DNA of 5,687 nt from a virus. Taxonomy: Duplodnaviria; Heunggongvirae; Uroviricota; Caudoviricetes. The translations under genes were made by a program, and so were the position numbers. The notes below the pieces were generated by a model. The model ran no database searches and was not told the DNA's origin. It saw nothing but the letters and a program-made list of their open reading frames with translations. The stretch lies in the IMG/VR virus record IMGVR_UViG_2713896768_000015; one strand, given 5' to 3'. Positions 1 to 5,687 of this stretch are shown here, one piece after another (position 1 is the first letter of the stretch; every line of letters begins with the position of its first letter).

Positions 1-1
1 G

Positions 2-946
2 GCTTACAAAAACTTCTTCCGGAAGCGGGCTGCTTTTCCCCGATTCAAAAAGCGGGGACAGAATGATGCATTCCGCTACCCGCAGGGCGTTAAGCTCGAT
101 CAGGAAAACAGCCGTATTTTTCTGCCGAAACTGGGCTGGATGCGCTACCGGAATAGCCGTCAGGTCACGGGTGTTGTGAAAAATGTCACTGTCAGCCAGT
201 CCTGCGGTAAGTGGTACATCAGTATTCAGACAGAAAGTGAAGTATCCACTCCGGTTCACCCTTCAGCATCAATGGTCGGGCTGGATGCTGGCGTGGCTAA
301 ACTCGCCACGCTGTCAGATGGCACAGTCTTTGAGCCTGTAAACAGTTTTCAGAAAAACCAGAAGACGCTGGCGAGACTTCAGCGACAGTTAAGCCGCAAG
401 GTCAAATTCAGCAACAACTGGCAGAAGCAGAAACGCAAAATACAGCGACTGCATTCCCGTATCGCAAATATCCGCAGGGACTACCTTCATAAAGTCACAA
501 CGACCGTCAGCAAAAACCACGCAATGATAGTCATTGAGGATTTGAAGGTCAGCAACATGTCAAAGTCAGCAGCGGGTACGGTCAGCCAGCCGGGGCGCAA
601 TGTCCGGGCAAAATCAGGTTTAAACCGTTCGATACTGGATCAGGGCTGGTATGAAATGCGCCGCCAGCTTGAGTACAAGCAGCTCTGGCGTGGCGGTCAG
701 GTGCTTGCTGTTCCGCCAGCGTACACAAGCCAGCGTTGCGCGTGCTGTGGTCATACAGCGAAAGAAAACCGCCTGTCACAAAGTAAATTCGTGTGTCGGG
801 CTTGTGGATATACAGCGAACGCCGATGTAAACGGCGCTCGTAACATTTTAGCGGCGGGGCACGCCGTGCTTGCCTGTGGAGGGATGGTGCAGTCAGACCG
901 CCCGTTGAAGCAGGAACCCTCCGAAATGATTCAGGCGACAGCCTGA
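2..946 (+). CDS. tnpB: IS200/IS605-family TnpB (OrfB) transposon-associated RNA-guided nuclease, 5'-truncated by the window edge (C-terminal 314 aa visible)
   Basis: The open frame runs from position 2 with no stop until TGA at 944-946 (the ORF track starts at the first Met, 140). RuvC-like motifs are present: GLDAG (Asp at 284-286), IVIEDL (Glu at 536-538) and [11 protein letters not shown] (Asp at 824-826). A C-x2-C...C-x2-C zinc finger (QRCACCGH...FVCRACG) precedes the last RuvC motif. This is the typical TnpB C-terminal architecture. Confidence 0.9.
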   Translation, partial: AYKNFFRKRAAFPRFKKRGQNDAFRYPQGVKLDQENSRIFLPKLGWMRYRNSRQVTGVVKNVTVSQSCGKWYISIQTESEVSTPVHPSASMVGLDAGVAKLATLSDGTVFEPVNSFQKNQKTLARLQRQLSRKVKFSNNWQKQKRKIQRLHSRIANIRRDYLHKVTTTVSKNHAMIVIEDLKVSNMSKSAAGTVSQPGRNVRAKSGLNRSILDQGWYEMRRQLEYKQLWRGGQVLAVPPAYTSQRCACCGHTAKENRLSQSKFVCRACGYTANADVNGARNILAAGHAVLACGGMVQSDRPLKQEPSEMIQATA

Positions 947-1030
947 ACATAGCAGGAATCCACACCCCGAAGAGCGTGGAGGATGTCACGCTGCCTCTTT
1001 AATGTTGGCGGCTATCCATGCCGCCGTGTG
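800..1030 (+). ncRNA. Candidate omega-RNA (right-end RNA) locus for TnpB; boundaries approximate
   Basis: Established knowledge: TnpB guide RNAs are transcribed from the 3' end of tnpB through the IS right end, with the guide taken from the flanking DNA. Nothing in the sequence lets me place the scaffold precisely; only the hairpins at 973-992 and 1007-1025 are seen. Confidence 0.25.
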
Positions 1031-1351
1031 CTGTTTAACCTGGTCCAGGTCGATGTATGTGCCAACATATTGACTCAAGTCCTGTAACGTACCGATAAAT
1101 GCATCAGTGCTCTGATCGACGAATTTATCAGCCAGGAAATCAGCAACCAGTTTTGGCACACCATCATGTACCGAAGGTTGTTTTTCCTCGCCACTACTGC
1201 CGCCGGACGCGCCGTACCCCATCTGTTGCATGATCTGGTCAATTTCATCGCTGATATCCAGCAACTCCATGCCACTCGCGGTAGCCGCTTTGGATATCAG
1301 AGCATCCAACTTATCGCTGAGATCCATTAACTCAATAGCTGATAGTGTCAT
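986..1351 (-). CDS. ddrA: Acidic 121-aa protein, last gene of the operon; positional equivalent of P1 DdrA (assignment by position only)
   Basis: The ATG at 1351-1349 overlaps the upstream gene's TGA (ATGA at 1348-1351), indicating translational coupling. The protein is Asp/Glu-rich with a Gly/Ser linker (GYGASGGSSGEE). The name rests on operon position and my recollection of P1, not on alignment. Confidence 0.55.
   Translation of the reverse strand: MTLSAIELMDLSDKLDALISKAATASGMELLDISDEIDQIMQQMGYGASGGSSGEEKQPSVHDGVPKLVADFLADKFVDQSTDAFIGTLQDLSQYVGTYIDLDQVKQHTAAWIAANIKEAA
1007..1025. other. Perfect 6-bp GC stem (GGCGGC / GCCGCC) with 7-nt loop
   Basis: Read directly: ggcggc (1007-1012), tatccat, gccgcc (1020-1025). 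It lies inside the last codons of the convergent 121-aa gene. Possible IS subterminal hairpin, omega-RNA element or transcript-end structure. No downstream U-run, so not a classic intrinsic terminator. Confidence 0.3.
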
Positions 1352-3267
1352 GCCGCTACCCCCGCTTTCTGGATTGCTACCAGCAGATCAGCCAGGTGGC
1401 GAGCAGCGCCATTAACCAGCTCTTCGTTTTCCTCAAAACGCCCGGCAGCCTGAAGGGCTGCAATCGCTTCCCGGACATTGCCCCGGGCGTTACGGATCTC
1501 CGCCATGTCAGTGCTTTGCATATCCATCACGTTATTGAGATATTCAATGGCTTTATTAGCCTCTGCATCTGCTTCGCTAACCGTTTCATCAGGCTGTGCC
1601 GGGGCCGGTTCTGGCTGAGTAATCTCACCGACTTCGGCCTGCAATGCATTGATCATGCTCTGCACCATTTTCTCGGTGCCAGCGCCCCCCGGAAACGCAA
1701 TATTGGGGAAAGTTTTTTGAAACTGAGTCTTCAGCATTACGCGGAACTCGTCTGGTGAGCTGGTGGCCAGCTCCAGAGCTTTTTGTGCATATTTGCCAAA
1801 CGGACCATTAGTAAGTGTCTTCGCCAGGAAGTCGAAAGAATCCTCGCGAGGCAATAACTTCAGGTCGTACTCACTCATTTGCTGATCAGAAAGCGGGGTA
1901 TCGTAAGTAGCAATGCCGTAGCGTGCATATTCATAATACGGGTCACCGTCATCAGGGCGCGGCAGAATTGCTTTGTTACCTTCAGGTATCGCGCCAGGGG
2001 CCGCCGGACGCATTTGCAGGGCATATCGATATGCACCTACAGAGACTTCTGGTTCAGGCGAAGAGCTACCGGTATCCTCCGCTGGTTCAGGTTCGACGTT
2101 TTCCGGTTTATGTTCTTCTGGTTGGACCAGATATTCCGATACATTACCCGCTTTATAGGCTTTAAACAGCTTGCCGAGCGCATCCGCCATGTCCACACCC
2201 TGTATGGATTTAGCCTTGATCATGTACACGCTGCCATCCGAATCGGTTAACTGGATATACCCTTCGCCGTCCCCAATGAATTGCTTCATTGATGCACCAT
2301 TACTGAGCGTCGCTTCCCCGTCCATATGCATACGATTTTTGATACTGGCAAGGCGATCCGTCAGCGCGCGAGAGTGTCCACCAGTCATCCCCGCTGGAGC
2401 AATGGTATCGCGCCCACCAGTGCGATTGAGCTGATCAATCTCCGTCTGCAAACGCTCATTCTCTTCATAAAGAGAATCCGCTTCCGATGCAACAGCGTTA
2501 ATTTTCTGCTCCAGATCTGCCTTCTGCCCTTCTACCGCTGCCACCTGATCCGCGAGGTCGCTCATGGCATCCTCTTTCTGGTCACTGTCAGCCTGTAGTT
2601 GGGTTATTTCATCAACAAGGGCTTTTTTCTTCTTCTGCGCACGCTGGAATTTTGCCGAGTTTTTCTCTGCAAGGTTGGCAAGTTTCATGGTGACCTGCGC
2701 CAGCGTCATATCACGTCCACTCATCGGAGCAACGGTGTGAGTAACGTCTTTTTTATTCAGTAAGAACTGGAAAGCAACCAGCGTATCGCTATTGGTGATC
2801 CGGTTTTCCGCTGTCGGGCTATGAAACAGAATGCTGATAGTCTGACCATCACTGAGCGGAATAATGGCTGGCAGGACTGGCAGCCCGTTAACGTTACGTG
2901 CCCGGCCAATTTCAGCGCCGCCGATCGCGCGCGCGCCGCTCTGGGCCACATCCCCCGTTTTATCACTCCCCGCAGATATTCCGGTACCATTCAGCTTCTG
3001 GTTCAATGCCCGGACAAATGCCTGCATGGTCCGGTGTAACTGCAAACGAGTAGAACTAATCGCCTCCAGTAAATCCGTAGCACACCAGTGGATCGGCGTG
3101 TCATAGAAGAACGTAGCCTCGATTTCTTCCAGGGTGTTGGATTCCGTCATCAGATAGCGGTCCTCACCGGCCATTAATGCGCGATATTCATCATCAGTCA
3201 CCGGCGGGGGAAGCACGTCAAGCCCCGGCTTAATCGTCACCCCTTTATTGATATTGAACTGTTCCAT
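1348..3267 (-). CDS. darA: DarA-like capsid antirestriction (defence against restriction) protein, 639 aa
   Basis: Start ATG at 3267 with AGGAA 6 nt upstream, 1 nt after the upstream gene's stop. The N-terminal ~210 aa share a domain with the preceding 200-aa protein (LxDGQxIxI ... KNSAKFQ). A coiled-coil-like charged segment (~aa 205-285) and two acidic Pro/Glu-rich linkers follow. Size and context match P1 DarA as I recall it. Confidence 0.8.
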   Translation of the reverse strand: MEQFNINKGVTIKPGLDVLPPPVTDDEYRALMAGEDRYLMTESNTLEEIEATFFYDTPIHWCATDLLEAISSTRLQLHRTMQAFVRALNQKLNGTGISAGSDKTGDVAQSGARAIGGAEIGRARNVNGLPVLPAIIPLSDGQTISILFHSPTAENRITNSDTLVAFQFLLNKKDVTHTVAPMSGRDMTLAQVTMKLANLAEKNSAKFQRAQKKKKALVDEITQLQADSDQKEDAMSDLADQVAAVEGQKADLEQKINAVASEADSLYEENERLQTEIDQLNRTGGRDTIAPAGMTGGHSRALTDRLASIKNRMHMDGEATLSNGASMKQFIGDGEGYIQLTDSDGSVYMIKAKSIQGVDMADALGKLFKAYKAGNVSEYLVQPEEHKPENVEPEPAEDTGSSSPEPEVSVGAYRYALQMRPAAPGAIPEGNKAILPRPDDGDPYYEYARYGIATYDTPLSDQQMSEYDLKLLPREDSFDFLAKTLTNGPFGKYAQKALELATSSPDEFRVMLKTQFQKTFPNIAFPGGAGTEKMVQSMINALQAEVGEITQPEPAPAQPDETVSEADAEANKAIEYLNNVMDMQSTDMAEIRNARGNVREAIAALQAAGRFEENEELVNGAARHLADLLVAIQKAGVAA

Positions 3268-3268
3268 G

Positions 3269-3871
3269 TTAATTTCCTGCTTTCAGTTGCTTAAGACGGC
3301 GTTTGAGTTCGCCATTTCGGGCCTTTTCGTTATTGAGTCGGCCTGTCTCCTTATCCAGCTTCGCCCGCAAATCAGTGATCTGCTGTTGATTGAAAGACAC
3401 CGAGTTCTGAGCTGATTTATAAGCGGCAACCACCTGAGCATTCCGCTGTTTTGCCTCTTGCAGGCGCTGAAAGTTGGATTTTACTGCCGGTTTCTTGTCT
3501 ACCGGATTGGCAACACGTTTCGCTTTGGCGATCAGTGATTTCTGGAATTTTGCGGAGTTTTTGCGGGCCGCTTGCCCCATGACGGTACCAAGCGTCTTGA
3601 TATCCGGCGACTGAGCGTTAGGAATAGCTTTTCCATTCAGCCTCACAGACGATATATCGCCAGTATCGTTTACCTGTATGGCAAGAATTTGTCCGTCGTT
3701 AAGAACCAGCTTTGCGGTTTTAACTTTAACGCCATCTTTCGTTGTTGCGCGGTTGCTGGAGTCAACCTCAATTACCGTAACACCGGTTTTATTGATCGTC
3801 GCGATAAGGGATTTCAGCCCCCTTTCATTAACCTGGTCAAAATCGACCGTTGCATACTTATTTTTCGTCAT
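3269..3871 (-). CDS. hdf: Hdf-like protein (homologue of the DarA N-terminal fragment), ~200 aa
   Basis: It shares the motif block with the N-terminal region of the 639-aa protein, including a 21-nt stretch identical at 20 positions (3542-3562 versus 2644-2664, encoding KNSAKFQ). The likely start is the second ATG (3871-3869), which has AGGA 8 nt upstream. The ORF-track start at 3880 has no usable spacing. The C-terminal half is basic and coiled-coil-like. Confidence 0.75.
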   Translation of the reverse strand: MTKNKYATVDFDQVNERGLKSLIATINKTGVTVIEVDSSNRATTKDGVKVKTAKLVLNDGQILAIQVNDTGDISSVRLNGKAIPNAQSPDIKTLGTVMGQAARKNSAKFQKSLIAKAKRVANPVDKKPAVKSNFQRLQEAKQRNAQVVAAYKSAQNSVSFNQQQITDLRAKLDKETGRLNNEKARNGELKRRLKQLKAGN

Positions 3872-4301
3872 CTGACACATCCTGTGCGAGATTTATTACG
3901 TAACTTCTGCGGATTTGCTGAGTAACAGGGAAAATCCGATACAACGGGTTAATGAACGAGTCGCCATGCGTAACCATGACGTTGAAATGCCACAGTCGTT
4001 CTCCTTTACCCATATATTCAGTGGGTATGTACAACCATTCACTGTTTTCGCCCTGTTCAGCCGACGTCAGACAACGTTGTTCGCCTTCAATCACTGTCGT
4101 TGGCTTCTGAACATCGCGGATCCAATATCTGACCGTTGCGCCGCGCAAAAACGGGAATTTAGACCGGTATTTGAACGGCACCCGGATGAAGCCCTGTTTA
4201 ATTTCCACATCACCAAGTTCTAAATGCGTGATGTCCTTGCGTTTTAGCAAATAGCGATCGGCTAAGGCTAACGCAAGAGCGCATACACCCCAGCCAATCA
4301 T
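3858..4301 (-). CDS. lydB: LydB-like protein (holin antagonist in P1), 147 aa
   Basis: The ATG at 4301-4299 overlaps the upstream holin gene's TGA (ATGA at 4298-4301), with GGGAGG 6 nt upstream. Hydrophobic N-terminus (MIGWGVCALALALA). Size and position match P1 lydB as I recall it. Confidence 0.7.
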   Translation of the reverse strand: MIGWGVCALALALADRYLLKRKDITHLELGDVEIKQGFIRVPFKYRSKFPFLRGATVRYWIRDVQKPTTVIEGEQRCLTSAEQGENSEWLYIPTEYMGKGERLWHFNVMVTHGDSFINPLYRIFPVTQQIRRSYVINLAQDVSDDEK

Positions 4302-4627
4302 TTCCCACCTCCCTTTTTCACCAAACTTGTAAGAACATTCAGAATGCTATCGATATTCACTCGTTTCATCCCTGAAATCACCTCATGACCGTTATTGCTG
4401 GCTATCGTTACCATTAAGTACGTAATTGATAACTCCCAGCCTTCGTGTTGCCCCAATAGGTACGCCACCGCGCCAGCTGTCACTGCAACAAAGATCTCCG
4501 TAACCAATCCCAACAAATTGCCAGACTGGCGACCGTCTCGGACATCCATCAGGAACGTGCCTATCCCACCAATTACTGAAAGCAGGAGCGCAATAGCAAC
4601 TGGAGCTAATTCCTGTGTGTCAAGCAC
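4298..4627 (-). CDS. lydA: LydA-like holin, 109 aa, three predicted transmembrane segments and a charged C-terminus
   Basis: GTG start at 4627-4625 with AGGAGG 6 nt upstream. Hydrophobic stretches LAPVAIALLLSVIGGIGTFL, LLGLVTEIFVAVTAGAVAYLL and LSITYLMVTIA, ending in KKGGGK. First gene of the coupled operon. Confidence 0.75.
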   Translation of the reverse strand: MLDTQELAPVAIALLLSVIGGIGTFLMDVRDGRQSGNLLGLVTEIFVAVTAGAVAYLLGQHEGWELSITYLMVTIASNNGHEVISGMKRVNIDSILNVLTSLVKKGGGK

Positions 4628-4633
4628 AAGTTC

Positions 4634-4653
4634 CCTCCTACGTTGTCAGGAGG
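4634..4653 (-). promoter_or_regulatory. Hairpin pairing the lydA Shine-Dalgarno (AGGAGG) with an upstream CCUCCU anti-SD
   Basis: On the minus-strand transcript: CCUCCU (4653-4648), 8-nt loop, AGGAGG (4639-4634), then a 6-nt spacer and GUG. The six base pairs are four G-C and two A-U. Confidence 0.35.
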
Positions 4654-4694
4654 TAATGGTATGCAAAGTAACTTCTCAACCGGTCATTTGTTGC

Positions 4695-4934
4695 TTAAGA
4701 GGCATTTCTATTGAGGTACGAATCGATAAGCCTTTGTAACCTTTCAAAAATGAGCCTGTTATTGATGCTGCAAATAAGAGTCACGCAATTCTGAAGACTT
4801 TCATCCATACCCTTATATTCCGCGAAATACATGCCTATAAAGCCTGCAAGTACGGCAGCAATACACTCGGCCATCAATTGCCTGCATGACGCTTCGTAAC
4901 GTTTTTCACGAACCCCATTCAGAAACGAATGCAC
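4695..4934 (-). CDS. Hypothetical small protein (79 aa; possibly 59 aa from an internal Met at 4874) with one hydrophobic helix
   Basis: ORF in an AT-rich spacer between the invertase and the holin gene. The GTG start has GGAGG only 1 nt upstream, which is poor spacing. The internal ATG at 4874-4872 has a weak AGG 6 nt upstream. Coding status is uncertain. Confidence 0.3.
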   Translation of the reverse strand: MHSFLNGVREKRYEASCRQLMAECIAAVLAGFIGMYFAEYKGMDESLQNCVTLICSINNRLIFERLQRLIDSYLNRNAS

Positions 4935-4958
4935 GCCTCCAAGGATGGTTATAAAAAA

Positions 4959-4984
4959 TATGGTTAAATCAAGGTTTAGGATTG
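4959..4984. other. Candidate invertase crossover site (cix/gix/hix-like 12-2-12 element) overlapping the invertase stop codon
   Basis: TATGGTTAAATC-AA-GGTTTAGGATTG. The right half matches the Din-family half-site pattern (reverse complement CAATCCTAAACC; compare hix TTATCAAAAACC and gix TTATCCAAAACC). The left half is weaker (TAAATC inner core). Confidence 0.4.
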
Positions 4985-5536
4985 AAATGATGACGCCGGA
5001 AACTTCTTATAAAGCGTGGAAACAGCCACATCATAGATGATTGCAACCTGCTTACGGGGGATGCCCTTCTCGAGCAATCGCCGCATTTGCTGCCATGTTT
5101 CTTCTTGGTATTTAGGCCGACGCCCACCTATACGACCTTCTGCGCGAGCTGCATCAAGTCCAGCGCGTGTACGTTCAACGATAAGCTCACGTTCCATTTC
5201 TGCCAGCGCCCCCATTACGTGAAAGAAAAAACGCCCCATTGGTGTACTGGTGTCGATGGAGTCAGTGAGACTCCGGAAGTTAATGCCTCTGTCACGCAGC
5301 TCTTCCACCAGCACAACTAAGTGACGCATGCTGCGCCCAAGACGATCTAACTTCCATACGACTAGGGTGTCACCTCTGGAAAGCATACGGAGAACCTTTT
5401 TTAACCCAGGGCGTTCAGCCTTTTTGCCGCTCGCCTTGTCCTCAAAAATTAGCTCACATCCTGCGCTTTCAAGGGCATTTCGTTGTAAAGCAGTGTTTTG
5501 TTCATTTGTTGATACGCGTACATAGCCAATTAGCAT
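4976..5536 (-). CDS. cin: Serine DNA invertase of the Gin/Cin/Hin/Pin (Din) family, 186 aa
   Basis: N-terminal MLIGYVRVSTNEQ with the catalytic Ser at residue 9, a resolvase/invertase catalytic domain (VWKLDRLGRS, MGRFFFHVMGALAEMERELI) and a C-terminal helix-turn-helix (GIPRKQVAIIYDVAVSTLYKKF). GGTGA lies 8 nt upstream of the ATG. The symbol cin is chosen from the P1-like context; family membership is near certain, the specific orthologue is not. Confidence 0.92.
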   Translation of the reverse strand: MLIGYVRVSTNEQNTALQRNALESAGCELIFEDKASGKKAERPGLKKVLRMLSRGDTLVVWKLDRLGRSMRHLVVLVEELRDRGINFRSLTDSIDTSTPMGRFFFHVMGALAEMERELIVERTRAGLDAARAEGRIGGRRPKYQEETWQQMRRLLEKGIPRKQVAIIYDVAVSTLYKKFPASSFQS

Positions 5537-5655
5537 ATTTTCTGCTCACCATAGTTATTCATAGCAAGCTGCGGATTTTAATTAACAGAAACCAGTGTGT
5601 GTGGAAATCACAAAGTGCATACCGTGCCCCAATGATGTTTTATTGAAAAGCGGGG

Positions 5656-5681
5656 TTACTTTAATGTTTGGTTTAAGAGAA
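5656..5681. other. Candidate crossover site upstream of the invertase gene (cixL-like), at the window edge
   Basis: TTACTTTAATGT-TT-GGTTTAAGAGAA. The distal half (reverse complement TTCTCTTAAACC) is a strong Din-family half-site; the invertase-proximal half is degenerate. It sits about 120-145 bp upstream of the invertase ATG, where gix/cix sites overlap invertase promoters. Confidence 0.4.
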
Positions 5682-5687
5682 CTTGGC

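Larger units (their letters stand above)
1..1025 (+). mobile_element. Right-hand portion of an IS200/IS605-family insertion sequence; exact right-end boundary not determinable from this window
   Basis: tnpB defines the element. Only 39 bp separate the tnpB stop (946) from the stop of the convergent gene (986). Two hairpins lie in or next to that gap (973-992 and the GC stem 1007-1025). This family has subterminal hairpins rather than inverted repeats, so the end cannot be placed without the left end or an empty-site reference. Confidence 0.55.

Noticed and set aside
582-989. 135-aa minus-strand ORF
   Set aside because: It is antisense to the tnpB frame carrying clear RuvC and zinc-finger motifs; an Arg/Ala/Pro-rich shadow frame.
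1075-1415. Small ORFs 1075-1275 (-) and 1230-1415 (+) overlapping the ddrA-like gene
   Set aside because: Alternative frames of a gene that has a coupled start and fits the operon; no independent support.
1345-3106. Nine plus-strand ORFs (61-137 aa), e.g. 1345-1758, 1879-2250, 2171-2434, 2326-2598 and 2864-3106, plus the minus-strand ORF 2757-2990 in another frame
   Set aside because: All lie inside the long, well-supported 639-aa minus-strand gene, have no ribosome-binding sites and give low-complexity translations. They are shadow ORFs.
4661-4714. 17-aa plus-strand ORF (MQSNFSTGHLLLKRHFY) with a perfect AGGAGG 7 nt upstream
   Set aside because: The SD is simply the other arm of the inverted repeat that forms the lydA RBS hairpin. 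The ORF is tiny and antisense to the operon leader, so most likely coincidental.
3572-4739. Plus-strand ORFs 3572-3925, 3678-3875, 3915-4223 and 4395-4739
   Set aside because: They are antisense to the coupled hdf, lydB and lydA genes, with no start signals.
4935-4975. Possible sigma-70 promoter (TTGATT ... TATAAC) on the minus strand just downstream of the invertase stop
   Set aside because: The spacer is about 13 bp and the -10 lacks the conserved final T, so it is not a credible promoter by sequence alone.
5037-5525. Plus-strand ORFs 5037-5222, 5087-5320 and 5328-5525
   Set aside because: They are antisense to the unmistakable serine invertase gene.
1-5687. CRISPR arrays, tRNA or rRNA genes, long direct repeats
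   Set aside because: No regularly spaced direct repeats or cloverleaf or rRNA-like conserved stretches were seen. The only repeat found is the 21-nt coding motif shared by hdf and darA.

Overview
This window looks like a phage or phage-plasmid accessory region with three modules. (1) Positions 1-946 (+) hold the 3' two-thirds of an IS200/IS605-family tnpB (RuvC-like RNA-guided nuclease) running off the left edge; its stop lies only 39 bp from the stop of a convergent gene, so the IS right end and any omega-RNA must sit around 947-1030. (2) Positions 986-4627 (-) are a tightly translationally coupled five-gene operon: a 3-TM holin-like protein (109 aa), a 147-aa partner, a 200-203-aa protein, a 639-aa protein sharing a domain with it, and a 121-aa acidic protein. 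By gene order and sizes I read this as the phage P1-type lydA-lydB-hdf-darA-ddrA lysis and capsid antirestriction (Dar) operon. That assignment is from memory of P1, not from an alignment. (3) Positions 4976-5536 (-) encode a 186-aa Gin/Cin/Hin/Pin-family serine DNA invertase. Two candidate 26-bp crossover sites flank it, one upstream at the right window edge and one overlapping its stop codon. The invertible (tail-fibre) segment it presumably controls would lie beyond the right edge. No rRNA, tRNA or CRISPR array is evident. The most interesting points are the intact-looking TnpB abutting the antirestriction operon, the invertase bracketed by two crossover-like sites, and a hairpin that sequesters the holin ribosome-binding site.
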